Positions 24,014 to 38,061 of a DNA stretch of 64,000 nucleotides are shown here, piece by piece. Below the pieces are notes generated by a model. That model was not told where the DNA came from, made no database searches, and saw only the letters and a program-made list of their open reading frames with translations. This DNA is from Atractiella rhizophila. Taxonomy: Eukaryota. Numbering within the stretch: the stretch's first letter is position 1; each line of letters begins with the position of its first letter. The stretch lies in assembly GCA_021432655.1 (NCBI GenBank), contig MU271315.1:1-64000 (forward strand), in the 5' to 3' direction. A program made the translations under genes and the position numbers.

Positions 24014-26234
24014 ATGCTGCCCAAGAAACCTCAAGACATCCTTCTCTTTGCTGCTCTACGAACCCCCAGGCTCCGTTACCTGTTGGCATTTCCTCGGCAC
24101 GGAATGGCTTCAAACTACTCGACTACCAAAATCACCCTCACGCCAGGAGAGGCACAGATTTCTACTCTTCTGAAAGAATGTACTGAACACTTAAAGAAGG
24201 AGAAACCAGATCTTGCTCCCATAGAGATCAGGCTGGCCGGTGGCTGGGTGAGAGATAAGGTGCGTCCGCAGGTCTGTAGCTGAGAGATGTTTAAGACTCT
24301 GAAGGGATCAGCTACTTGGACTGCAATCAAACGATTTGGATGTTGCTATTTCCACTATGACTGGAGAGAAGTTTGGAAAGCTTTTTTACAATTATCTGAA
24401 GTCTCAGGAAGAAAAGTCGCCAATGGTATGCTCTTGTACTGTACCCAATTTGATGAATGATTCAATCGGTAACAGAAAATTGCTCGAATTCAAACGATCA
24501 TGGCCAATCCAGAAAAGTCAAAGCACCTCGAGACGGCTCATACTGTCCTTTTGGACCATGAGATCGACTTTGCGCACCTACGGAGCGAAGTTTACGAAGA
24601 GTCAAGCCGCATCCCCAAAGTTGAAAGTCCACTCACCTTCTCTTTCTCTTTATCTGCTTATGTGGGGAAATTTAGGAATTCGGCACACCTTTGCAAGATG
24701 CTGAGCGAAGAGATTTCACCATTAACTCCTTATTTTACAACGTACATAGTGAGGAGGTTGAAGACTTTACGGGAAAGGTTCGTAAATGAACGGTTGGGTC
24801 GCGACATTTTTCCAAAATCCTTTTCACAGGGACTTCAAGACCTCGAAGATCGCGTGATACGGACGCCGTTAGACCCTAGGGAAACCTTCAAAGACGATCC
24901 GTTGCGCATACTGCGTGGGATCAGGTTTTGCTCACGGTTCAAGGGCTTCAAGCTGGACAAGGCCATTGAGGAAGCCGCTAAAGAGGAGAATATAAGGGTG
25001 CGTTAGTAGGATGTCTCTACTTTCGGCTGATGGAGCACTAGAATAGATCGCACTGGAACAAAAGATTTCGAGAGAGCGAGTTGGGATTGAGTTGGACAAA
25101 ATGCTGGAAGGTGCGCATCTTCCTTTTTTTCTCTGAACTGAAATGTTTTGGACCCACATGCTCTATGTGTCACTCAGGTCCCTCGCCTGTCCTCGCCCTC
25201 AGGTTGATTGAAGACTTCAAACTCTACAACATCGTTTACAACGTGCCATCCTCCATTAAAACGTCGTTTAAGCCTTCCAACAGTTTTATCGCCTCTAAAA
25301 TTCCGTCGATTCGAACGACTACACCGCCAACAGTCCTGACGCAAGCAATCGAAAAGCTTCACTCCTTCATCAACCTGACTTCCGACCTCCATCCTCTTCT
25401 TCAACACAATGTAGATTTGATCAAAGGCGACAAAGCCCTGAGACGACGAATGTTCCTCGCTGTTTCGATGCTACCTCTCATTGATACCGAGTTCGAGGAA
25501 AAGAAAAGGACGAAATGGATTGGGGATAAGGTGATGACCGAAAGCTTGAAGAGATCAAACGATGATCGAGATTTTGTGCTGCACCTCTTTGCAAGATACC
25601 GGGAGGCGGAATCGAAGAAATTGTCTGCACTGGTGAACGCGAAAAGCCAGAGGTCAGAGGTCGGTACGTCGTTTTTCTTCTCGTTAATTTACAGCGAGCT
25701 GAAATGTGGTAACAGGACAGCTTCTGAGGTCACTCAAGAGGGAGAATCCAAACGGACCATCTTGGACTGAGACTCTCGTGTTCTCTATGACGCTAGATTG
25801 CGTATTGCTTGACGTTTCAGGTCAGCTCTCTCTTCTCCCTTTGGTACCTGATAACCGTTTGATGCGTAGAAGCGGAGATTGTCAAAGCTTATAATGATTT
25901 CTGCGCCTACGTAGATGAGCTGAAGCTCGTCGATCCCAAGATATCAGAAGGTACCGCTTTTGAAGACTGCAGGCTCAATGTAAGACTCCAGCTAAAAATT
26001 CCACCATGCTGACCACTGCGTTAGGGGTCAGAGATACAGACCATCTTGAACACTACCGGAGGACCACATCTTCAAAAGCTCAAAACACTTCTCCTAAACT
26101 ATCAGCTCGATAACCCAAAAGTCACTAAAGAGGAACTTGTGGATTGGTTGAAGGAGGGTTGGGAGATGGAAACCGGTGAGATCAGGGATGTGCGTAAAGA
26201 GGCAGAGATGAGAGGAGTGAAGAGAAAAAAGTGA
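24014..26234 (+). CDS. CCA1: CCA-adding tRNA nucleotidyltransferase (spliced)
   Basis: RLAGGWVRDKLLG..SNDLDVAI, NPEKSKHLETA, DFAHLRSEVY..SRIP, DAERRDFTINSLFYN, TFKDDPLRILR. Confidence 0.93.
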
Positions 26235-26627
26235 AGGTGGTCTGTCGACATCTACGTCCAAGAAGTGGATCGCTAGGCTAAAACCATCGTGTTCCATGAC
26301 GTGCTGCGAGTGCTTCTCTTCAATTCAACGCACCCAATATGCTTGTCATCTTGCCCTCTTGCCATGCGGCGGTAGCTTTGAGCTTGCAGCTTGCCCTACC
26401 CAAGGCTGCTTGTTGCAGTGATCCCGGCGCTCTGGATTTAGGATCTGCGAGATGTGAGATGTTCTCGTGGAAATCGCCTAGATCTCCTCCCTTCCATCTC
26501 AGCCCGCAATCACCTGCGCAAACAGGGCCAAATCTCCGTCAACGGGCATCAAATTGCATCAATCAAGCAACGCAACATAACGCAACGTGAAACCATTTCT
26601 TCAGCTTTAGCTTACGTAGCGTCATCG

Positions 26628-27757
26628 ATGAGCTTTCCGTTAGGCATTTTCAAGTATGCTCCTGCGAGTATCCAGCCGTGGATGCGCTCGACACTTGTTC
26701 AGGCGCTCAAACTTGGGCCACTGCCCAAGCATTTGGCATTCATCATGGATGGAAACCGACGTTATGCACGTTCGATGGGTGAAGACGTGATTGAGGGGCA
26801 TGAGTTTGGGTTCCTCGCTCTCAAAAAGGTGAGAAGCCGTTTGGTCCAGGAGAACGATTGCTGACGTGGCGTATCATGATTGAAAGTTGCTAGAGTTCTT
26901 ATTGCACCTTGACGTCGAAGTGGTCACGGTTTACGCTTTCTCGATCGAAAATTTTGGACGTCCTCAGAGGGAGGTCGATAAATTGATGGATATGGCCAAA
27001 AAAAGGTTGGTGGAGATGTGCCAGCACGGGTTCGTCTCATCTCATCCTTCACCCACCAACTAAGACTGAGAATCGCTGCGCAGAGAGTTATTAGACCGTT
27101 ATTCGGTACGAATTCGTATTCTCGGACGACTTGATCTTTTACCGGACGACGTGAGGAGGAGTTGTATGAAGGCTCAGGAGTTAACGAGCAAGAATACGGG
27201 GTTCGTTTCTACTATCATTTATCGTCCTCGCTCACGCGGACACTCGCGTATTAGGAGAACACTCAACTTCCTCTTCCCATACACGTCAAGGGACGAGATT
27301 GCGGCGTCCATCCGTAACGTCTCACGTCAGTGTGTGGAAGGAGAAATGGACATCTCGTGAGAGTTTCAAGCTGTCCATTCACTCAATCCCACCGCTTACG
27401 GCTCGGGTTTTCAGAGAAATTTCACCCGAAACGCTGGAGCAGAACCTATACACCTACCCGTCTCCTCCGCCTGATATCTTGATCCGTACCAGCGCTGTAA
27501 ATCGATTAAGTGACTACATGCTGTGGCAAGTAAGTCCCCTTTCTCCAACTTCTGTTCCACGATCCTACGGCTTTCCGTCGATGTACATGGAGCTGATTGA
27601 CCTTGACGAACTTGACCGACAGGCAAACGAGGGGACAAAACTCTACTTCATACCTCCGTCGTGGCCTGAAATAACGGTGGTCGACCTTCTCCCAATCATA
27701 CTGGGATGGCAAGCAGAGGAGATGATGAAGAATTGCAAGAAATGGCTCATCACTTGA
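26628..27757 (+). CDS. RER2: cis-prenyltransferase / dehydrodolichyl diphosphate synthase (Rer2/Srt1 family, spliced)
   Basis: [43 protein letters not shown]...[12 protein letters not shown]. Confidence 0.9.
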
Positions 27758-29041
27758 TCTTCTTCCTTATCACATTCTGCCATTCACTCCATCCCATTTC
27801 CTCAGCAATTTGGGTCACTTCATCGAACGAAATTGCTCAGCAGCTTAACCGTCGCTAGAGCAACTTGTTTCAATTCTTCAACACAAACGTGAACCTCCGC
27901 AGCTGATGGGGAAATGCCAAGTTGGACACATGCTTCGTTGAACTAGGAGGATGGGATCTTCGACATGACTGTAGAAAACAGGGTTGGACAGATGAAAGGG
28001 ACATAGATTTGATGGTCTGACTGGATTTGAATGCGTCATTCAACAAGTGGAGCTGCACTGGAGAAGCCAGTCAAGCGACACCTTAACTTTTCTCGCGAGG
28101 ATGTTCCGAGAACGGTCAAAGTTTCAGCTCATAAATACCTGAGGCCCTTCCTTTGAGCGCGCCTTCTCTGCTGCACCCTACGAGCAGGGAGAGTAAGAAA
28201 GGCAAGGCATCGAGAAGATCGAAGATTGATAGGATAGAGTTAGTGATCGAGTGAGTTTATCTGCGCAGTCTCGGGAACAATCCGAACCGAACCTTATATT
28301 TACATCAAACCCTCAAATTACGACCAAGACTTCGACCACCTTCCACCTTACTTTTGCCCCACTTGCCCCCTAGATTTTGCTTCAGCCAGGAACGAGAGTT
28401 AGCAGGTTACCAAAAGGTGTGTTTTCCTTTGCGTTTGTTATGGGAGGGTCTATTATCCCGACGCTTGCATGCATCTGCATTCTTTTGTCAGGCATTATTC
28501 ACCGAACGGTTCGAACTTCCTCTTCCATCGAGTGGAAGTTGAACGCGGGCCTTTGATATCTCGAGCGAGCTAAACTCTGTCGTGAAATGAGAACTGTCAT
28601 GCATGCCGCGTCTTTCTTTTAAATGGCAAGGCTCCATTTCCATTTCCTTTGGCCCACCTGCCCTCTGCTTTGACAGATTGTCAGCTCAACACTCAAAAGA
28701 GCGACTGGGATCGCTAGTCAATCAGAAGGAATCGAGCGTACTTGGAAGTGCTGACATCACCCCGTCTGATTCTCTAGGTTCTCGCGAATACATAGATGCG
28801 TCAAGCCTGGAAATAGACTGTCTGGCTTTCTGGATCATCGATCTTTTCTCTTTATTCATCTACCCTATCGAATTCGACAACTTCTTTTCCACCGCCCCTC
28901 CACCCCAACTGTTTCCGGTGTTTGACCCAAGGTCAGCCACCATCGTTTCATCATCGTCATTCCCATTTAACCACCAATCCGACATCTCCTACCTCCACCA
29001 CCTTGCCTGTAAATTATTGCCGCTTCATTTTCTCAGCCATC

Positions 29042-32000
29042 ATGTCCTCCTACTACCACCACCAACGACCGACCACCGATTCCCGCTCGCCAAGCAGGGT
29101 CCGCTCCAACCCACCGTCGTCCCTCTCACGATCGAGACCATATGGAGACCTAGCAGGCCTCGCTCAAGATCCAGAAGAAGACATGGCAATTGGGGCCCTA
29201 CGACTGGAACCATCTCTCCAACGGCGTCCATCCTCTGAAGCTCCATCAGCATCCTCATCCTTCGTCCATGTAAACTCCTCCCTCTCCCAGCTCGCCTCAT
29301 CTTCTTCCTCTCCGGGACCCGCGACATCCCGGTCAATGATGGATATCCCCTCGGAGGCGGCCTCAGATCGCGAGCGCGAAGTCGTCACCACCTCACATCT
29401 CCAATACGGTCATCAGTCCATCAATCAATGGGTTAAGTTGGAGGAACTGCCGACGGGAAACCGGACCTTGAAAGTCTGGTTGTGCGAGAATGCGATGTGG
29501 GATGGCAAGGATCCCCTGGATCACTATTGTGCGATGAAGTGCATGAGGCGGCAGGACACAAATCGTTACGCCTTGCTCAAGAAGTCGCGTGTGCTGTCGC
29601 CTCATGCGAGTCCCAATTGGAAGGAACAGACGGACTTAGATGTATTGAGGGATGAGGATGGAGAGGCAGTGAGGAACAACGATGAGAGTTGGAAGAGGGA
29701 AATCGCAATCTTGAAGAGATGTAGCCATCCTCACGTCGTACGGTTGTTGGAAGTCATCAATGACCAGACAAGCAAGAAGGTGTATATGGGTACGCATTTT
29801 CTTCTTCTGCAGTTGGGTTTGTGTGTTTAGTAAGAACATAGCGCTGGAGTTTATGAAAGGTGGAGGAACTCTTTGGCAGGATGGACGAGGAGGACCTGCC
29901 CTTCCCATGGACAAGGCACGGTGGACTTTGCGAGACGTTGCCTCAGGGTTGGAGTATCGTGAGGGCTCACACCTTTCCACTGAGACCCCAACCTAATTGT
30001 ATTCTAGTCCACACTCAGGGCATCATTCATCGCGATGTCAAGCCGACCAACCTCCTTTGGAACGAAGACCACACTTACGTCAAAATTTCCGACTTTAGCG
30101 AATCAGTCTATTCAGATGCTTTGAAGAACAAAACAGGCGATCGTCGTCTCCTCAACCTCCCAGTCTTGCAGAAGACTGCCGGTACCCCTGCATTCTACTC
30201 GCCCGAAGCGTGTATGATCCCCAATTTGTCGCCGTATGAAGAAGCGGAGAGTGCACCGGAAAACGCAGAAACGCCTCCCCTCCGAATCGACCATAACCAG
30301 CCAAACGCTATAGTTTCCATGCCCGTCAAAGATCGCGACCTCCCTCTCAACGCTCAAGTCGACGTCTGGGCTTTAGGCATCACCGTCTACTGCCTACTCT
30401 TCGGTAGGACGCCTTGGGACCCCGATCTTTCAATGTTCGCTATCTATCCCATCATCACCGATCAACCCATCGTCTTGCCTCTGTATATGGGCTCCGATCA
30501 GAAGCCAGTTGTTGGAGGGGAAGGAGATGAGGCTGTAGAAGGAGCGGAATTGGTGAATCTGATGACCCAATTTCTTGAGAAAGATCCGAGGAAGAGAATC
30601 ACCTTGGAAGGTGCTAAGGTACGCAACACATTTATTACGAGTAATAGAGCTGATTGAACGTCGTTTTTAGTCGCATCCTTGGGCTCTACGAAATCTCCCC
30701 AAACCTCAACAATGGCTTACGGACACCCGAAAGATCAACTCTACCCGGCTAGAAGTCACTCATGAAGATCTCGAGAAAGCAATTAAGTCCACAGCGGAGA
30801 TCGATGTTATCACGCCACAGCAGATCGCTAGCGTCAAAGCTGGTTGGGCAGAAAGAGCCAAGAGCGTCTTCCGTCGATTTCTCGGCCGTGATGAGGGGAG
30901 GGAAGGCAGGGTCAAAGCAGCGTCAAGGAAAGCGAGTAGCATTCTTCAGCGAGCGAATCGATCACGTGCAGGAAGCGTAACGGGGAGTGTCGCTACCAGC
31001 AGCGCGGCCGGGAGCGCAACTGGTACTCCATGTGAAGGATCTCAGTCAGGTCAAGAGGACAAGAAGAAGCGATCGGTGGCCCGTCGCTTTGGCAAGAACC
31101 GAGAGGTCTCGAGTGCGCCTGCTCTGGAAATGCAGGAGTCCACACCTCGACGCTCTGCTTCCATCCGGTCCGCACCTGGTAAAGCCCCTGAGGAATTTAG
31201 CCGCCGTTCTCACCTTCGACTTCCTCTCCAGGGTCCGCTGATGCATCGACGGAGCAGTGACGGGAAACCTCCTTCACCCATTGTCACAGATTTCGGCCTC
31301 CCTTTCGAAGCTATCGATATGCATCGAGCCATCACCCACGGCACTTATTCCTCGTCCGCCTATCGAGCTACCCCACTTTCTACCAGCGTCGAATCGTCCG
31401 GCAGCTACTTTCCTCCGATGTCAGCCTCCACTTGCAGCCCGACGGTGTCAGAACACAATGTTGCAGGGATCTTCACCCGCTTTGGACAACGGATCCGCTC
31501 CCCCTCGAGGACGCCTAACACCGAGTTTGCTCCTCGATTGAGCAGAGCGACATCTCTGAGCCTGGCTGGTGACGAAGATGAAATCTCGCCAGATATGTCG
31601 ACGAGCAGAGCTGTCTCCCGACCTCTGAGCCCAGATGCGAGGTCAGGCTTTTCGTCTGATGCATATCAGTTTTCCTCCAATGAAGAAGAAGACGAGCTGG
31701 AGCTTCCTTCCTCAGAAATGAGCGGAAGCTACTACGAGCACGATCAGTATCTGGGAGATGCTATTGCAAAGCACGATGAAGAGCGACCCATCGGTTTCGT
31801 CGGCGTGCAGGACTTCCCTCTCCGTCCTCCCGATTTCAAGCAGCAGCTGCACATCAATCGGACTCCGCGACAAACTATGACAACCGAGTCGTCAAGTAGC
31901 GAAAGTAATCTTCATCGAGGTTTCGATCAGATGAGCACAATTCCCGCGAATTGCAGTGCAGACTCGTTCCCATCCTCTTCCTATCGCGTCAACGCGAACG

Positions 32001-32170
32001 GCCAATCTCAACCCTCTATTGCTGAAAATGACAACTTGCCCGTTCGACAAGTTGAACAGAAGTCTTCCTTACATCCGGAAGACCTCGATGCAGACGTGGA
32101 GGATGAAGAAGAAGACTTCGAGGTCCGCATCAAGCCTCGTCGCTACTCCGATGCCGCTCTGTCGTCTTGA
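29042..32170 (+). CDS. CAMKK/Sak1-Ssp1-like Ser/Thr kinase with long Ser-rich tail (spliced)
   Basis: REIAILKRCSHPHVVRLLEVIND..SKKVYM, IIHRDVKPTNLL, KTAGTPAFYSPE, DVWALGITVYCLLFG. Confidence 0.85.
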
Positions 32171-32923
32171 CTTCCACGCAACTCGTTCCTTTCCTCGTTG
32201 TCTGCATTTGGTCGACTCATTCCGTTTCATATCTGTGGCATCTAACTCCATTCTCAACCTTACCCAACGTAACACTTCTTTTTCACCGGACTGGGTGACC
32301 ATAAAGCCATAAAGCGACCAAGTCTTGGGCTATTTCGAAGGCTGCGCGTCTCTTGTCTATTTATCCGTCTTCAGTTCCATCCATTTGTAACTTGCCAAAA
32401 CAACAAGCCACTTCACGACTACTTAACCTTCTCTATCTCATAGAAAAAAACTTCTTGTTCTGTCCCACCTTCCCGCATCGATCGTTACACGTGTTGTGGC
32501 CGTTTCCAACCAGAACATAGACCACTTTCTATTTACGCTCTCCCGGAAACGCCGTGAACAAATGTGAACGCGAATAACTTTTTTGTTGGTTTTTCCATCC
32601 TTCTTGCATACTTACGCTCACGAGTTTGTAGAGCTTCTGCTCGATGCTGTCCTAAGCTACTATTACTTTGTGATCCAATGTAATGTTCCGTTTCACTTCT
32701 TTTCTTTCAATCGGTTCATCCCAGCCATTTTTCACACCACCTTTTCCCCATCCGTCACTCACTGCCCCTTCCATGTGTTTATTTGGTTTGGTTCTTTTCA
32801 AGGAGTTCCAATGTAACTTAGCGATAGAAAGCTACGAATGATCCAGAATGGTGCCACTGTGATACGAGGGCTCTGATGGTATGAGGACGGGATTTGATAT
32901 GTGTCAAACTAGCTGCCTAACGG

Positions 32924-35356
32924 TTACATCAAAGTCTTTTTGAAATCCATAACACCCGGTTCCTCGTCCTGCAGGCCTGAACAACTGCGCTCCCACCAGG
33001 TCCACACTAAGCCTGAAAATGAGGAATAAACTTGAGCGTTCTAATAGCATAAGAGCACGTCAGTCTTTGATCAAAACGAGAAAATTCCCACACGTACTTC
33101 GTCCATGGTCTCTGAAAGCGAAAGGGCTTTCAGGGTCGCTTCAAACTCATCTATCTTGTCTCCCAAGTGCATAGAACGCCATGCAGCAAATTTGCAACGC
33201 TCTATCATCCTGTTCATTTCCATAGAGAATTGGCACATCAGATTGCGGCGGTCTGAAAAAGGAATAAAGAACTTGCTGGAATGTAAATCTCCAAAGCCAA
33301 CAATCGCGCTGTTTCGTGATCCATATGGCTAAATCGCCCCATCCAGATTCAAAAAAGTCGAACTCCTGCAGGAGGCGCTGGGACCAGGTGTACTTGAGCA
33401 CTACGTGATCCGTAGGGAGCTGGAATAAGCGGGAAAGGTAACGGATAGTAGATGATAGTTGAAGGTCAAGAATTTCAGAAGCTCGAGAGCCGACGTCGAG
33501 GTTAGAAATGAATTTAGAAAGAGGTTGAAGGAGCAGCGCATGTCGTGTCATGAGGGAGATGATAGGATTAGATATGGAGACGGGAATGAGTCCGAGCTGA
33601 GGGTCGGGAGCGAAAGCTGAGACTTCGCCATCGATGGAAGTGATTGAAGGTACGAAACGAGCTTCCCATGCCACACGGAACCCGTTGACCGCTCCAATCA
33701 ACTCGAGGAGGAAACGTTCTTGGGCATCTGAACTTGCTTGAAGTTCAACGGAGGAACGGTAGAGGACGATTTGGCGACTGATGCCAAGGAGGTGAGTTTC
33801 GCATGCGTGTTGAAAATTCTCTAGATTATCTGTGACAAAGATAGACTGATATGATGACCGCTCAAAGGGGTTAAGGAAAGCTGAACAGTTGATGCCTGTT
33901 GGAGTGTGCTGTTTATAATCTGTCTCTGAGCTGTAACATTCATCTTAATCAGAGAGCTTAGATTCAATGAGGAAGCGGCGAAGCTCACAGAATAAGTGAT
34001 CCACCGTGGCGAAGATGGCATTCTATGTCACTTTCCTACTGTAAATCAGCCCACTTTAATACCGATAAGAAGAGAACGTACCATGAATCTCCTAAAGGAC
34101 CGGCTATCGACGAGAGCCAGATTCTGCTTCGCCAACGTCAAGACAGTATCCCACAACTTCCTCTCCCCAAACTCATGAGAGAATGTAAACACTAGCTGTA
34201 GCAAGGTCGCCACGCTTTTGGAATTTTGTTGGCGCAGAGGAGAGTGGGATGAGAGGGCAATCTTCATCATTCTTTCAAAGAGGGATACGGTTGCTCCGTG
34301 TCGAGCTCTTCCTTGCGCACGAGCATCAAAAATGTCGCCTTCAGATCGTAGATTGCTTTCAGGGTGATTCTTGAGCGCCAGCGAACGCAGGATTTCCTAC
34401 GTCTCCAATGACATCTTGATTCTTTCTTGTGAGCGAAAAACGGACGGAGTGGTGTGTACATAGACTGGAAATTGTAAAGGAATAATAAACTGATATCTAT
34501 GCTCTTGGTTTCACTATAGGATAGGATGTAGGACTAATAGTTCCTACCTCTAGATATCCAGACTCTGCCTGCAGCTGTGGTGTCTTCCCCCTTAAAAACA
34601 TCCACGGAAGTTCGAGCCCACTTGCTTTCGCGTAGTAATTGGTCGGTACTGGCGCTACTAACTCACATACCATCGTTTGTGTCAAACTTCAGTTCCATCC
34701 AGAAGCTTTGGTTATCCCATGTCAACATTAAATGTAGCCCCAATCTACTACTAAACAGCTCCCAGGTGAGGCGAGCTATGGCCTCATACTGGAGCATGGC
34801 TCTGCTGAGAAAATTGACAATCCCTTGAACGAGATTGAAAGGCAAAGAAGAAAGAAATCGTAGTCGATGACTAGCAAAAGCGAAAAAGGATGAAATCACG
34901 CACTTTGAAGCAGATGGGAAGAGACAAAGAACCTTCGTTGTGCATCTCCTAGTAATCCGTCGATAGCGGCGAAGGAATAATTCAAGACATGGTCGTCCAC
35001 TTCCTCTTTACCGTCAATCACCCGTTTCCTCTTCGCCATCCTGGCGACGCTGACTACGTCTGCCTGCAGCTGGCGGGAAGAAGTATAACTGGTGTTTTGG
35101 GAAGGTAATTCAGTGGTTTTCCACCTGTATCGATAGAGCATCAGATGGACTCTGCAACAAAAGAGATAAAAGGGACGCACCGACGTCCTGCGAGTGACTT
35201 CTCGTGTCTTTTCCTTCCACCGTGAGCCTTCCCAACTTGATGAACGAAGTCGCATGGTACTTTCAGAGATAGGCAGCGCTCGCAGATTGTCCGTTGGTAT
35301 CCCTTGAAGCACTCCGAGCCCGCCTTTCGGCACGCTGTGCAAGCATTACTGGGCAT
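32924..35356 (-). CDS. Zn(II)2Cys6 transcription factor (spliced; downstream exon structure approximate)
   Basis: N-terminal CTAC-RKAGSE-C-FKGYQRTI-CERC-LSLKVP-C binuclear cluster followed by GRKR; coding-like exons continue to about 32924. Confidence 0.65.
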
Positions 35357-35580
35357 GATAGTGATATGAAGATGTGTTTGAAATTGAAACAAAAGTGAGG
35401 CGGTCGGAATAATGTTGACATTATATCAAGACGAGGCCAAGTTTGTATTGGTACATGTCATAGCTTCATCAGCACTCCATCAGCTGACAAAGCATTTGCA
35501 ACATTGGAAAATCACGAATTGTTCATGTTCAAATTGTTGAATAAGGATTTTGTGTCCACCCAAACTCGTGTTCCCATTCG

Positions 35581-38061
35581 TTAAATCGTTAGTTAGCCCT
35601 CCAGCTTCACATGGTCCCTCTTCAGTCGTTCAACTTCAGCTTTCAAATTGATGACCTTCTCCATGTGTCAGAAGGAATGGAATAAAGGGTCAAAAGCTCA
35701 CCTCGCTAAGGATGTTCATAGTGACCGTCTTCTTGACGTCCGGGAACTTACTTGTCAATTCCTCGTATGTGAACTTGGATATTTCCCTGACGCCATCCTC
35801 GTCCCTCTCCTCCCTGGGAACAATAGGGTCGACATCAAGTTCCTCCTCGTACTCATCGAGTATACTGTCCAGTTTAAGTCTTCTGATGGTTGGTGCGTCG
35901 TATCTGCTCTCATACAGAGCGATGCAACAGAGTGGAATGAAGAATATGACTCGCATCAGGTAGCGATTGATCGTTGCGTAGGCTTCGCGGGAGATGACGA
36001 ACTCCAGAGGCAGGATAACGAACTCAATCAGGTTGAAAGGTGCTGGGTAGAGCCAGCTGTCTGGCGCTCGGACCGAGGAAACGGTCTTCGCAGCAAAGAA
36101 GGCCATGAACGATGGAACAGCTTCGTCTGTCACTTGCGAGTAGGCAGTACCGACTTTTTGGACACGATAACCGTCAATCGACATACTGAAGCATAAAGGA
36201 CTGACGCACAGAGAGCAATGAGGATATTAAGGAGGATCAAGACCGTCAACAGGTTCCATCCGCTATCAGAGATTCAGGATATCCTCGCGAGGCATCAAGT
36301 TGGAGGGCAACGCACTAATACAAAATCATCGAAAATGGATAGCCTGCATTTGACGAGCCAAAGTAATCGAAGTTGGGGCTGCCAAGCAATCCCTCCATGA
36401 GTGCATTGAGCACCGGACCTGTTTGCTCTCTCGTTGAATCAGCAACATCGATACCTACCGCAGTCATAATCAGCCCACGACGATTTGCAACTTGATAAAG
36501 CAAGACACACCAGTTAACGCCTGAGCGAAGCCAATGCCGACAACGAAGAGGAGGGCAAAGAAGATGCCCGTCTCCCTCATCATTCTAGCAAGTACAATTT
36601 GCATGGTTCCGAAGTAAGTGTAGAGGTCAAAAATTGTCAGTAATTTGACCCATACCAATGGAGCTGCCGAACTAAAGGAAGAGCTTAGAAACGCCAGTCC
36701 TCCAGTGAGGAATACCCACGAAAGTAGCTGGAATGATAGTTGTCGATATTTTCGTGTTTTGTCCGGATCGTTTGTGCCCAAGTCGGCTAGTCGGTAGCTA
36801 TAACCGATGAGATTGAGCAGAGGAATGTAAGAACAGACAAACGCACCATAATGCAGCGGTGAGAAGAGTATATATCATAAGATTGATAAATGTCCAAAAG
36901 CCCAGAGCTCGCACGGATCTAATTGTTTACATTAATTGTAGTGAGAAAGGGTACTCTTCCACCTACCCAATCTTGAATGCTCTCGTCACTGCCCATATTT
37001 CAGTCAGCGTCCTCATTGCTCAAAAAGCACGTACATTCCTCCACGAAGTAACCTAGCATCTGCGCATAGAGTATAATGTCTTCAAGACTGAACCCCCTCT
37101 CGGGAGTTTGAATAGCTATCGTGTAGGCAATGAGGAAGATGATCCAAAGAAAAATCCTGAAAATGTTCTGATATCGAGGTACTGCAATACGATCTTCTGA
37201 AAAATGGTTCATGAAACCTCCCTTCGTGGCACTCTCCCAAACTTTATAGACCACCTGACCTCTGGAATCGATGGCTTGAACAAGATGTCCTTTCCAAAGC
37301 GCAAAAACCGTGCGTTGGGACTCGGCAGAGGAGAGAAAAAATGAACAGCTTTCGTCTACTCCTGTTTCGATGGCTTTGTACAACGTAAGTAGGCAGGAGT
37401 TACATGGGTACAGCAGTGGGGACATGAAAACACGAACCAGATGTCCATAAAGTTTCATCTCCATCCGATTCGAGGGCTGCGAATCGAGTACTCAAGACAA
37501 TATGTTGGCGATTGGATGGTAGTTTTGAGACCACCCTTCGGGCAAGAACTAGTGCATCGACCACAAATTTAAAGGGGAAGGGGAAAGGTTAAAGTTTGCC
37601 TACCCTGACATGCCACGGCTGCAACAAATGGTTAGTATGGCGGCGGGGATCGCTAGGTCAACACACCTCTTCCCATATTCTCATCGTAGTCGCTTGGATT
37701 TTTCTGTCAAAAGAGCGACAATGACCACGGTGCATCTGACAAGGTGGGAGAGACGAACGAGTGCGTCATGCTTGAATGACTTCATTGCTTGGAGAAGTGC
37801 AAAAGGCACACAATCCTGGTAGTCTCCGCCGACTTTACAGAACGCTTCTACCACTTCAGCAGTAATGATACTGCTGGTAGGGCTCTTCAGAGTCTCGGGT
37901 TCGATTTCGATAGGCATTAGCTTGTTCACCATGGCCTTTATTCGCTTGATGATAATCGTCACCGTTCGCGGCCCAATGTTGGGACAAAGCAAAGAATCCT
38001 CTTCGTTCGCATCCTTGGGAATAAACTCGATATCAGTGTCGGGTCTTTCACTGGCAGACAT
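35581..38061 (-). CDS. YVC1: Vacuolar TRP cation channel Yvc1/TRPY1 (spliced)
   Basis: RIAVPRYQN, multiple TM helices, LGSPNFDYF pore region, ILLNILIAL, FAAKTVSSVRAPDS..YPAPFNLIE. Confidence 0.9.

Noticed and set aside
28603..29238. 211-aa ORF overlapping the kinase 5' region
   Set aside because: Pyrimidine-rich UTR-like composition, and it overlaps the kinase in another frame
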